This document shows positions 1-10,962 of a stretch of DNA of 64,000 nucleotides, one piece after another. How positions within the stretch are numbered: the first letter of the stretch is position 1; each line of letters opens with the position of its first letter. Where the stretch lies: assembly GCA_964016885.1 (NCBI GenBank), contig OZ024742.1, positions 68,882,001 to 68,946,000 of the forward strand. Direction: 5' to 3'. Source of the DNA: Eledone cirrhosa. Taxonomy: Eukaryota. A program made the position numbers and the translations under genes. The notes under the pieces are model-generated. The model worked only from the letters and a program-made list of their open reading frames with translations. It was not told the origin of the DNA and ran no database searches.

Positions 1-127
1 AAGATCGAGCGAACAATTTTCTGTAGCCACAAAGCCGCCACTAAATTCTCTAACTACAAACCGCGACGAGCATGGTTCGATCCGGCAATCTCATTATCCA
101 TTCAAACCCACCCGGATATAGAATGTC

Positions 128-161
<34 letters not shown>

Positions 162-376
162 GAATGCCATGGTTGACGGAGGCTCGGCTCTGTAAGGTAT
201 AGTAATTTTTAACCGTTAAAACAATTGTAAATTGTTTAAAACTTGAACCAAATTGTTGATAAAGACACCCTCCTCCTCGTGAGAGGGGTCTTTCTGTCCG
301 TTATTTGGCCCTTCGGGGTTAAATAATCAGTTATTGGGGTTTTGTACCCAAAATTTCATTTTAAACAAAAAACAAC

Positions 377-2473
377 ATGGCTACGAAAAAGAAATTTCAT
401 ACGTCACTCCCACTCATTCCGTCTTCTTCTTCCTCAATCATCACTACAGCAGAGAGAAGATTGTCTCTTTCCCTCCCTTCTTTAAATGTGTCTCTCTCCC
501 TCCCTTCTCTTTCGCAAGTGACGAAAGAAAAGAAAAGTCTCGTGCAAAGCGTGCAAGGTTTCTCCACGACGACGACGACAGCGACGAAACAGGTGTGCGG
601 GAAATACGAAAACCCAGTTCATTCGTCTGACGTCAGGAATAATAGCAGTAGCAGCCGTAATAACAACAGCAACAGTGACAATGAAAACAACAGTAGCAGC
701 CGCAACAGCATCACCAGCAGCATAAACAACAACAGCATTAGCAGCAGCAACACCAACAACAACCACAGCAACAGCGGCGGAGGCAGTAGTCGTAGTACCT
801 GCAGCAACAACAAAAGTACGAGCAGCTCTGACGACAACAACAACAGCAGAGAAAAACCAATCTCATTTGCAGGTATTGCGAAAAACTTGGAAACAATCCT
901 CATAACAAATGAGGAATTAGAGGAAGCGAAGAAGATGGTGACAAAGAACGGACACCGAGCAATCTGCAAGGCAGCGAAAAATTTTTTCGAAACCCAAGAG
1001 CACTGTACGGTCACGTACCGTACAGTAAGTACAAAATCCCGTAGGGTGGAAAGAGCCACAGAGGCCCAAATACAAAAAGCCTTGGGGTCTGTGTGGCAGC
1101 GGAAAACGCACATCACCCGAGGCAAAAAATATGCCACCGTAGACGTACTTTTTGCCACACCCCAGGAGGCAAAGGCCCAATCAGTAGTGACCCTAAGGAG
1201 CGAGGAAATGGTGTTGGTGCCCTCCTACTGTGGGCAAAAAATTGTGAGGGTCAAACTGACCCACGTCCCCCCCGGAATGACCCCTTCTTGGCTGGCCGCG
1301 TCTGTCCTCGTCGGAATCGAGGACAAAACAACTGTACTGCAAGTACAGAAAAAAGTAAGAGAAGATTGGGTCGGCTCCTCCATTGAGATGCTAATCCAAA
1401 CCAACCAGGAGTGCATCGAAGCTATCCCGGATGTGATAGACTTCGATAACGGCACTCAACTGCCCATAAGTGTTGAGGGCAAACGCCCGAAATGCTTTCG
1501 CTGTGGATCGAAGACTCACCTCAGGGCCTTCTGCAACGAGAAGACCCTGAGAAAGGAGAAAACCCCCCTCCTTCCGAATCCGGCTCCACGGCTACCAGCA
1601 ACAGGACAAGCGGCAACCAGGAACGATAGGCCCGTGGCACCCATACCCACTCCACGGAAATCAAAAACAGCAGCAGCAGTGGAAATACTAACAACAACAA
1701 CAGCAATACCAAATGCAGCTGCAACAGAGACTCCAGTGCAAACATCACCAACAACAACAAGTGAAAGAGTGGAGTTGGTACCCCTCCCCGACCTCACAGA
1801 ATCAGACATGGAGTGTGAGGTGGGAGAGAGATGGCAAAAGGTCGTAAGAAGGCACAAACGCAGAAGCAGCGCATCGTCGCCTTTGAAAAGGGAGGAAAGA
1901 AATGAGAAAAGGGTAAAGTCTACTGCAAAGAGACCCACAGCAGCAACAACACCAACACCATCACCACCCACACTAGCGCCACCATCACCACCGGCGACAA
2001 CCCCACCGCCAACAACACCTTCAACACCACCACCACAAGCACCAACATCGCAAACACAACAACAAAACACACACACCCAGCAACAACGACAAGAAAATAG
2101 CAGAACCACACCCCACCCCCAGAAAAACAAATGCACGGCAATAAATACACACAACAAGAAACTAATGACTTACATAATTGAACACACAGACATTTCACAA
2201 CAGGACTACATAATACCAGCACCAATCAAAACGCCAACTAACATAAGACTGCTAAAAATAGCACAGAAACAATACACAAATATTAAAACGAAATTCCCCA
2301 ACGCAGTTGGTGATTTCAGGGACCTAGGAAGAACCATCAATCGAAGAGTATACTCAGACATTCTCTTAGAAGAGCCGACGACCAGCCGAAGGGACGATTC
2401 AACGGTCCCTTCACCAGACGATCAAGTGAAAAGGGATGTAAAAACCATCCCTCCTCTACCAAAAGTACGGTAA
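377..2473 (+). CDS. Tx1/L1 ORF1 gag-like nucleic-acid-binding protein
   Basis: 698 aa open frame with CCHC knuckle CFRCGSKTHLRAFC, Ser/Asn and Pro/Thr low-complexity tracts, upstream of ORF2. Confidence 0.88.
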   Translation: MATKKKFHTSLPLIPSSSSSIITTAERRLSLSLPSLNVSLSLPSLSQVTKEKKSLVQSVQGFSTTTTTATKQVCGKYENPVHSSDVRNNSSSSRNNNSNSDNENNSSSRNSITSSINNNSISSSNTNNNHSNSGGGSSRSTCSNNKSTSSSDDNNNSREKPISFAGIAKNLETILITNEELEEAKKMVTKNGHRAICKAAKNFFETQEHCTVTYRTVSTKSRRVERATEAQIQKALGSVWQRKTHITRGKKYATVDVLFATPQEAKAQSVVTLRSEEMVLVPSYCGQKIVRVKLTHVPPGMTPSWLAASVLVGIEDKTTVLQVQKKVREDWVGSSIEMLIQTNQECIEAIPDVIDFDNGTQLPISVEGKRPKCFRCGSKTHLRAFCNEKTLRKEKTPLLPNPAPRLPATGQAATRNDRPVAPIPTPRKSKTAAAVEILTTTTAIPNAAATETPVQTSPTTTSERVELVPLPDLTESDMECEVGERWQKVVRRHKRRSSASSPLKREERNEKRVKSTAKRPTAATTPTPSPPTLAPPSPPATTPPPTTPSTPPPQAPTSQTQQQNTHTQQQRQENSRTTPHPQKNKCTAINTHNKKLMTYIIEHTDISQQDYIIPAPIKTPTNIRLLKIAQKQYTNIKTKFPNAVGDFRDLGRTINRRVYSDILLEEPTTSRRDDSTVPSPDDQVKRDVKTIPPLPKVR

Positions 2474-2508
2474 GTGGTCTTTCCCATCTTTTCCACTCTA
2501 TTTTAAAC

Positions 2509-5500
2509 ATGACCTCACTCAGAATAGGCAGCATAAATGCGCGTGGCTTGGGGTCGTCATGGAAGCAGGGTCACCTGCTCAACGACCTCAGGTCACTAAA
2601 CATAGATGTAGTGGCCATCAGCGAGACCAGAATCTCCGAAGCACGGGCCTTCGCACCGATCTTCGGCGGCTACGATGTGTACGCATCTCCCAGCCGTCCT
2701 GGATCCGGTGGAGGAGTTGCTGTACTTTTTCGGAGAGGTTTGGATCTCGCCATACGGGCCATCTTCCTGGACCCAGAGGGTAAGCTGGTGGTGCTGGACG
2801 TGACCAGCGGAGACGGGCAAGCTTTCAGGCTAGTGGCCGTCTATGCCCCGACAGGAGCAGGGCGGCCTGATTTCTTCCGGCGTCTGGAGACCTTTCTTGG
2901 AACGTCGCGCTCTTTAGTGTTAGTGGGCGACTGGAACGGGATCTTAGATGCACGCTGGGACTGTGTGGGATTAGCGGATAGGGGTGGAGGGTGCAAGAGC
3001 CTCACCAACCTGCTCAGGCGTTTTGAACTGTCTGACAGGTACCGATTGGATTTCCCGAATGTGCCAATGTGGACTTGGACAAACCGCATAGGGTCATCCA
3101 GATCATATCTAGATAGAGTATTTTGTAGGGAAATAGATAGGTCTAGCATAGGCTGTCCACAATTCAAGATAGTCAGCTACACGGACCACAAATTCGTGAT
3201 CTGTGTGCTTGACTTAGATAGGCTTCATAGACGAGGACCCGGCTACTGGAAGCTAAACGCGTCCTTACCAGCGCGCAAGGCCTACAGAGACCGGATTAGC
3301 GAACTAGTTAAGCGGGCGTTGACGGGGGCCATCGTCAACAACAAGTGGTGGTTTGCTCTGAAAAGAGCGATTAGAATAGAATCGATTAGATTTAGTAAGG
3401 CTTTAGCAATAGAGAAAAATAGAGCAGAGGGAGAACTAGTTAGAAAATTAGACGAGGCGCTTAGCAAAGGCATTGCGACCGACGTGCTTGCGGCGAAATT
3501 GGCCCTTGACCAATTCTTCAATGCAAAGCACGAAGGCTGCGTTGTCAGAGCAAGGGTGCGTGCTCTCAGACACGAGGGGACGAAAGCCGTTCAATGGGCC
3601 CGAGTGGCGGAGGCGCGTCGTGGCAACAAAGCCACGATCCGGTCTTTGGTGGACCACGACGGGCGCATGCTACTCGATCCCGGGAAAATGTGTGAAGCTT
3701 TTCAGCGACACTTCGCTCAGCTGTTCGGGGGCAGCGGGGGGCCGGGTAGAGGGATGGACTTTAGTGTCTACCTCGAAGGACTGCCGCGGCTCTCGGCCAC
3801 TGAGGCGAAGTGTTGCGAAAAGCCGATAACAGCCGCTGAAGTACGGGAGGCAATGACTGGCTGCACAAGGGGTAAATCGCCTGGTTTGGATGGTCTGCCC
3901 TATGAACTTTACGTACAGATGCCAGACTTGTTCGGAGGCCTCTTGGCGGACGTCTACTGCAACTGGCAACAGAACGGGAGAATTCCCAGTTCTGTGAGCC
4001 GAGGAGCGGTGGCACTGCTGAGAAAGGATCCGAACAAGGGGGATAACATAGACAATTTCCGGCCCATAACTCTGCTAAACACAGAGTTTAAGATTTTGGC
4101 CAAGGTGCTAGCAAAGAGGTTGGCGCTTGTCGTTGGTGGTCTGGTGGGAGAGGCGCAGACATGCGCCATTCCCGACAGATCCATCCACGACAACCTCCAC
4201 CTCATGCGATACATCGTAGAGAGGGTAGCTAGGGAACCTGGCACGGGTGGGTCCTTGATCAATTTAGATCAGTCGAAAGCTTTCGATAGGGTCGACCATC
4301 GTTACCTAGCGGCAGTCCTGAGGGCGGCTGGCTTTGGGCCCGTCTTCAGAGGCTGGATCGCTGCCATGCACAGCGACATCTGCTCTGTAGTGAGAGTGAA
4401 CGGTCACCTGTCGGAACCGTTCAACATCATGCGCTCGGTCCGCCAAGGATGTCCCCTCTCGTCCCTCTTGTACGTATTGACTCTCGAGCCATTACTGCAC
4501 AAACTGGAGACGTTGAGGGGAGTCCCGCGCGAACTAGGATGCGGAAGATCCGTGTCAGCATATGCGGACGATGTCACCGTAGTGGTGTCGAACGCCAAAC
4601 ACATCGAGGCGATCGGCACTACACTAAGAGAATACGAAGCGGTGACAGGAGCAATGATCAACCAGGAAAAGTCAGTGGGCCTGCAGCTCGGCACCTGGAG
4701 AGGCAGGTCCATGCCGTCCAACAGCGTCGTCGGGCGCTGGACGGACGGACCGGTTAAATTGCTAGGGGTCTGGTTCGGTCCGGACCTCCAGACGGACAAA
4801 AACTGGGACGAGGTGACGAGCAGGGTGGCTTCTCTCACCCAGAAATGGGCGGAGAGGAAGCTATCCCTGAAAGGTCGAGCGGAGGTGGCTAACGCGTACA
4901 TCGCGTCTGTCATCTGCTACCGCCTAACCGTCGTACCTTGTCCTAAGCCTCGCCTGACTGCGCTGGAGCGTTTGCTCTTTCGCTTTTTGTGGAAGGGACG
5001 TGCTCCGATGGTCAGGCGGTCCATCTGTTGTCAACACCCGCTACGTGGAGGGCTGGGCATGCCGTGGCTGATGATGCGCAGGCACGCGCTCAGGCTACGA
5101 CATCTCCACCTCTTCCTCGACGGTGATCAGGTGTGGTCGCCGTTTGCTAGACGCGTTTTTCCCCAGCTCGTTTCCTTGACGGAGCTGCAGTCCTGGGTCA
5201 AGCGAAGACCGAGAGGGAGCGCCTGGAGACTGGAATGTCTTCAGGCGCTCACAGCCCTCGACCAATCGGGCAATGTGATCGGTGGAAACTCCACCTCGGC
5301 GTTCTATAGAGGATTAGTGGAGGGGAAGAGCGACGACGTACTTGGGGAAACTCTAGGCGTCGACGAAAATCAACTAGCCAATCTCTTCGGAAGAACTTTC
5401 GGGCCAGGGCCTATGGACAACTTCCAGAAATCTCTGGCCTGGCAGTGCTACCGAGGAGCCTTGCCAGTTCGGGATAAACTCTACAGGCATGGAGGTGCCG

Positions 5501-5928
5501 TCAGCCGGGCATGTCCGAGATGCGCGCAGGGCGACGAAACCGTCCTGCACGCACTCGTCCAGTGTCCGAAAATTGCTGACTTGTGGGTTTATGTCGAACA
5601 CCTGCTGTCGCGTTTAGGACGGATCCAGCTATCATCTGAGTCTATCGTGAGGATTTCCCCGCCCTCCTCCTTTAGCCGGGAAGGGCAGGCAGTTTTTATC
5701 TGTCTGGTGGCCATGGCGAAAGAGATAGTATGGTGGACACGTTTGAAAGGGCTGAAGACGAGCACTTACCTCTTCGGTGATGCTCTGATTGCCTTTTTCA
5801 AATTTCATTTGAAAAGGAAAATCAGAGTAGAGAAGGAAGTGCTCTCTTCCCAGCATTTTGTTGAAAGATGGGTGAGAGAAGCAAGAATGGCCCGAGTGAA
5901 TGGGCCGACTCTGAGTATATATCTGTAA
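2509..5928 (+). CDS. Tx1/L1 ORF2: APE endonuclease + reverse transcriptase + C-terminal zinc finger
   Basis: SINARGL, ISETR, VGDWN, YLDR, YTDH (APE); KSPGLDG, FRPITLLN, DQSKAFDRV, VRQGCPLS, YADD (RT); CPRC..ETVLHALVQC. Confidence 0.97.
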   Translation: MTSLRIGSINARGLGSSWKQGHLLNDLRSLNIDVVAISETRISEARAFAPIFGGYDVYASPSRPGSGGGVAVLFRRGLDLAIRAIFLDPEGKLVVLDVTSGDGQAFRLVAVYAPTGAGRPDFFRRLETFLGTSRSLVLVGDWNGILDARWDCVGLADRGGGCKSLTNLLRRFELSDRYRLDFPNVPMWTWTNRIGSSRSYLDRVFCREIDRSSIGCPQFKIVSYTDHKFVICVLDLDRLHRRGPGYWKLNASLPARKAYRDRISELVKRALTGAIVNNKWWFALKRAIRIESIRFSKALAIEKNRAEGELVRKLDEALSKGIATDVLAAKLALDQFFNAKHEGCVVRARVRALRHEGTKAVQWARVAEARRGNKATIRSLVDHDGRMLLDPGKMCEAFQRHFAQLFGGSGGPGRGMDFSVYLEGLPRLSATEAKCCEKPITAAEVREAMTGCTRGKSPGLDGLPYELYVQMPDLFGGLLADVYCNWQQNGRIPSSVSRGAVALLRKDPNKGDNIDNFRPITLLNTEFKILAKVLAKRLALVVGGLVGEAQTCAIPDRSIHDNLHLMRYIVERVAREPGTGGSLINLDQSKAFDRVDHRYLAAVLRAAGFGPVFRGWIAAMHSDICSVVRVNGHLSEPFNIMRSVRQGCPLSSLLYVLTLEPLLHKLETLRGVPRELGCGRSVSAYADDVTVVVSNAKHIEAIGTTLREYEAVTGAMINQEKSVGLQLGTWRGRSMPSNSVVGRWTDGPVKLLGVWFGPDLQTDKNWDEVTSRVASLTQKWAERKLSLKGRAEVANAYIASVICYRLTVVPCPKPRLTALERLLFRFLWKGRAPMVRRSICCQHPLRGGLGMPWLMMRRHALRLRHLHLFLDGDQVWSPFARRVFPQLVSLTELQSWVKRRPRGSAWRLECLQALTALDQSGNVIGGNSTSAFYRGLVEGKSDDVLGETLGVDENQLANLFGRTFGPGPMDNFQKSLAWQCYRGALPVRDKLYRHGGAVSRACPRCAQGDETVLHALVQCPKIADLWVYVEHLLSRLGRIQLSSESIVRISPPSSFSREGQAVFICLVAMAKEIVWWTRLKGLKTSTYLFGDALIAFFKFHLKRKIRVEKEVLSSQHFVERWVREARMARVNGPTLSIYL

Positions 5929-6188
5929 ACTAAAGGTGGAAAACTGGGAGAGGGCACTTGCCTTGGTGGTCAGGGTCATTGTGGCTTTTTACTGGGCTTT
6001 CTCCACAAATGTCCCTCCGAAGTCTCCCCCCTATTGGGGAATTTTTCATTGTTATTTTCATTGTTATTTTTGTTACATCCTCTGTTTTTGTTTTTTTACA
6101 CGCAGAAATGCCCATTTGTACCGTCCTGCATTGTCCTGCACTGTCCTTAATGTCTACTTTATGTAAACCCTTGTGGTTAATAAAGAAA

Positions 6189-6237
<49 letters not shown>

Positions 6238-6253
6238 TATTATTGTTGTTATT

Positions 6254-9200
6254 ACTCTTTGAGTCTCAGTCATTGATGTTAGTTAAGTTTGTTGAAGTGA
6301 ATATCAAGCCACTACCTGCAGCCTCAGATATTCAGGACGTATCGGAGGGTTCTTGCTGTTCCCAGCAAGCATGCGTTTTGAAGCGTTCCAAAAAGCGTGA
6401 AGGGGCCAATTTTCTTTAACCATCCCTGGAAACTTTTTGAGATAGTCCCTAGTGCGCCTATGACAATCGGGATCACTTTGACTTCATGGCAGTTCTAAAT
6501 CCTTTTTACCTCCCAATTTAAGTCCTGGTATCGGTTAATTTTCTCCCTCTCCTTCTCTTGCACTCTCGTGTCGAATGGGCAGGCCACATCCACAATCAGG
6601 CACGATATTTTTTCTTTGTCCACAACCACCAGGTCAGGTCTATTGTGTTCCAGTTTCTTGTCCGTCTGTATCCTAAAATCCCACAGCACCTTCACCTGAT
6701 CGTTTTTTATCACCGCCTCTGGCTTATGCTCATACCACTTCTCAGAATGTGGTAAATTGTTTACTTTGCATAGGTGCCAGTGGATCACCCTGCCCATCAC
6801 ATCGTGTCTCCAGCCCTTATAGTGAGTCTGGGCGAGGTGTTTACACTCGGATACAATGTGAGCCACAGTCTCCTCTCTCTCTCCACAGATCCTGCACAGT
6901 GGGCTAGCTTCCTCCTTGTAAATATGGTGTTTCAACCACTTCGTTTTGAGGGCCTGCTCCTGCGCAGCCATTAACATTCCTTCTGTAGCCTTTTTAATGT
7001 CTCCTCTTTTCAACCACTTCCATGTCTGTGGATCTCTAAATTCAGTTTTCTCAAAGAAGGTACCATGAAGGGATTTTTCCTGAAGGCTGCTCTTTCTCCT
7101 TGATGTTATTTCCTCCTTGGACATCCCCAGGCCTATTGTCCCCTCCTTCAGTACAGTTCTGAGCATTGGCTCCTTACTATCAGTCACGTATTTGTGTAGG
7201 TTGTTTTTCTCCATCTGAACACAGTCCTCTATGCTGATAAGACCTCTTCCACCCTCAGATCTCCTTAAGTAGAGTCTATCGGCATCACTGCACTTGTGGA
7301 ACATGTTGTAGATAGTCAATAGCTTCCTAGTCTTCCTATCCATTTCTTTCTGTTCAGCAACATTCCATCTCAGAATTCCCGCACTGTACCTAATAATAGA
7401 AACAGCTCGGGAATTTACTGCACTTATGGCATTCCTACTGTTCAGATGTGACTTTAATACGCTCCTTACTCTCCGAATGTATTCAGTTCTTATCAATTCC
7501 TTCATTTTTTTTGTTCTTGATGTCATCAGCCTCCAGAACGCCCAAATACTTGTATCCTTCTTCAGAGTCAATTTCCTTTATCATCTCACCTGTTGGTACC
7601 TGGATTCCGTTACTTCTGCTCAACTTACCCCTCTTCATCACAATGACTCCACACTTACTAATACCAAATTGTATACATATATCATTGGTGAAAATACGGA
7701 CAGTGTCAACAAGCACATCCAACTCCTTCTCACTCTTCCCGAAGAGCTTAAGATCGTTCATGAAGAGGAGGTGATTGAGGGTAAGCCCTCCCTTTCCCAA
7801 CCTGTATCCTGCTCTCACTTTTCGCAGTATACTGGTCAGGGGTATCAGGGCAAGAACAAACAACAGAGGGGACAGACTATCTCCCTGGAAGATACCTCTC
7901 TTGATCTTCACGCCTCCCAAGGATTCTCCAGTTGATGTTAACTCTGTTTTCCAGGACTTCATACTTTTGCTCAACAACTGTCTGATGTTATCTGCCACCT
8001 TGAAGATCTCCAGGCTTTTGGTGATCCAAGAATGAGGCACCATGTCAAATGCCTTTTTGTAGTCTATCCATCCCATGGCAAGACCAGTGTGTCTCCTCTT
8101 GCAATTCCTCATTACCATCTTATCAATAAGTAACTGGTCCTTTGTACCACGTGACTTCTTTCGGCATCCTTTTTGTTCGTCCGGTAACAAGTTGTTTGTG
8201 TGGAGGTGGTGGTAGATTTCCTCAGACATAATGCTTGTCAACAGTTTCCACATTACGGACAGACATGTGATAGGTCTATAGTTGGTAACATCATTACCCT
8301 TGATTCGGTCTTTCATTATCAGAACTGTGGTACCTTTTGTCAACCACTCTGGTACCTCACCTGACATCAAGCAGTCATTGAACATGGTTGTCAGTTTCAG
8401 GTGGAGGGATGTTATATTTTTAATCCAATACCCCTGCGCACCATCTGGGCCTGGTGATTTCCAGTTGGTTAGTTTTTTGGCCTGCCCCTTAAGAGTTTCA
8501 ACTGTGATACTCAAATCAGTTTGTTGGTGTGCCTGTTCACTAATCTCCTTCTGTACTGTCTCAATCCACACTGCCTGGTCATTATGTTTAACATCCTGCT
8601 CCCATATTCCTCTCCAGAATGTTTTAGTTTGTTCCGCCTCAGGGATCAAGTGGTTGCCTCTTTCTTTCCCTTCAAGCTGTCCAAACAGCATATTCTGGTT
8701 GTTGTCGAACATGCGGTTCTGTTTATACTGACTGACTCTGCTCTTGTATCGCTTAATCTTTGCACTCTTTGCTACAATGCGTTGCTTCAGTTCCTCTATG
8801 ATAATATTTAGCTTTTTCCTCCTAGTTTTGTACTTTATTTCCGGTCTATTATTAGTGTCTATGTTTTTTAGTGTCCCATTCAGTAGGGACTCAAGTTTTC
8901 CAATGTCATTTCTCATTTCCCTGATTTGACCACTCAGTCGTTTCTTCCACCAAGGCTCTGCTCTTTCTTGTCTGTTGTTTCCTCTCGCTTTTATACCAAG
9001 TAGTTTCCTCACCGTATTTGCTGTTGCTTTGAGGATATTGTTGCACTGGTGAAGGCTCCTCGCCTCAAGGTATGGGATGACTTTGTTTACCTTAGCTGTT
9101 GTTTCTTTTAACTTTTTCCTGTCTACAAATCTTAGGTTCATAGGTTTCCCACTATCATTGTTCATTTCATCTACCACTAAGTTTAGGATATCAACCAAAT

Positions 9201-9860
9201 CTTGTCCTAGCTCGTCAGCATTCATCTCCTCAGTGGCCGTATCTCTGTTCCAGGTATTATTTATCTCAGCATTCAGATCATTGTCTGCTTCGGGTGGTTC
9301 CTCCGTTCTCTCGACCTCTTCACCTTCATTTCCCACTGGCTCGTTTGCCTGGCATACTCCACTCTCCATCTCTAAGCTAATCTCTCTGCTCAGTTCCTCC
9401 AGTTCCAGCTCGCTTATCCACCCATTAGTTCTTATTACCCGAGCCTGCCCGGCCAATTTTTGTTCATCTAATTTAAATAGACCAATCTCGTTCCAGATGT
9501 TATGCATCCGTTTCCTATAGCCTTTCTCCTTGGGGTTACTCTTCAGGTAACATTGCATAACAGTTCTATTCAATTCTTTCGTCCAGTTGGTTCTGGTCCC
9601 TTTCCTTCTTCTTCTTCCTCCGACACCAGCAGTATTTGGTTGACAGCCAGGTCCCTGCTGCTGAGCCAGGGAGCACCTGTTGGGTGAGAGTCTGTCACAT
9701 GACATTCTAGTCTCCATTTCACCGTTATTCGAACTGTTTAGGTTCGATATTTAAACACTCTTATCGAGGATTGGCGAATGTATGGTTACATAACCACCGG
9801 TGAATTCATCGTCTCCGGTGGTTCCGTTACTCCACGTGATTTTTGTGTGGCATTATCACG
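6254..9860 (-). mobile_element. Near full-length R4/Dong-clade RLE non-LTR retrotransposon, one frameshift near 7500
   Basis: ORF 7483-9717 (KSPGPDG, YRPITCL, IDYKKAFD, GIFQGDSLSP, LLFMNDLK) continues in another frame 6495-7571 (CRIC..ETVAHIVSEC, RHD, RPDLVV, DVACP, K..RY); 3' end runs into (TAA)n. Confidence 0.92.
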
Positions 9861-10962
9861 CTGTAGACGAACATAAATAAACAAACAAACAAACAGGCAA
9901 AAACCCCCCCAAAATGAATAAGCATAAGTTTCATTGTAATGTATTGTTTGAATGTCTGACTTAGTTTTTCCCTTCCCTTCTCTGTCCGTCTGTTTGTTTT
10001 TCTCTTCATTCTTATTTTCTTTACGTTTTTCGTTGTTGCTGTGCTGCTTTGATTTTGATTTTTGTTTTTTTGATTTTGACCGGGTCATCAATTCAGTCTA
10101 TTTATATATTTTGATGCCTTCCTCTTTTAGTGGGGGTTCTACGATGTAGCAGGGGGTAGCGGGAGAGAATAGCGGCGGTAGTGATAATGAGGCAGTGGTG
10201 GTGGTGGTGGTGGCGGTGCTGTGCTAGCAGCAACTAGCAGGAGGTAGTGGGAGAGAATAGCGGCGGTAGCGATAAATCATTATTGGGCAGTGGTGGTGGT
10301 GATGTGATCGTATTACTGTAGTGATGGTGTTGAAGCTGGAGTAGAAATAGCGGTTGAGTCGACTTAACCAGAGTTTTCATCGTGGTAGTGGTGGTGGTGT
10401 TGGTGGTGAAATTATCTTTAGTTATTTAGTCATTTTGTCATTTTCCTCCTTTTCGACTCTAACATTCCTGATCCAAAATTAAATATTAATCTTGTTTATT
10501 AATATTGTCTAGTGATACCGCCATCTTCCCCTTTCGTAAGTTAACAGAAGGTAATGGGGGGATAGCGGTGGTAGCAATGAGGGAGTGGTGGCGGCGGTGA
10601 TGGGATAGTGGTAGTAATGATGGAGGGGCGGCGGTGGCGGTGACTAAGTGATGGCGTTGTCGTTACTGAGTTTTGTTGAATGAACTGTATTTTTGTTTGA
10701 TCGGTGAATGTATAGGGTTACTCGCGTATATGTGTTGACATATTTTTCTTAATATTGGAATTAAACATTTTGTTAAAACTTGAGACAATAATAATAGTAA
10801 TTACTATTATTATGCTGAGATTGGTGGTGGTGGTGGTGGTGAAATTGTCGTTATCTGGCTGATGTGTATAGTGTACACAGAGGGGTGATGGGTAGGTGGT
10901 GTATCTAGTTTCTGGTGTTGGTGAAATTGCTGTTATTTGGCTGTTCTATTATTATTATTATT

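Larger units (their letters stand above)
162..6190 (+). mobile_element. Full-length Tx1-group (L1 clade) non-LTR retrotransposon inserted in an (ATT)n microsatellite
   Basis: Two intact ORFs (377-2473, 2509-5928), ~215 nt 5' UTR, 3' UTR ending AATAAAGAAATC with no poly(A); (ATT)n directly on both sides (128-161 and 6191-6253). Confidence 0.93.

Noticed and set aside
482-9687. Alternate-frame and antisense ORFs over the Tx1 and Dong ORFs
   Set aside because: Shadow frames with no motifs of their own
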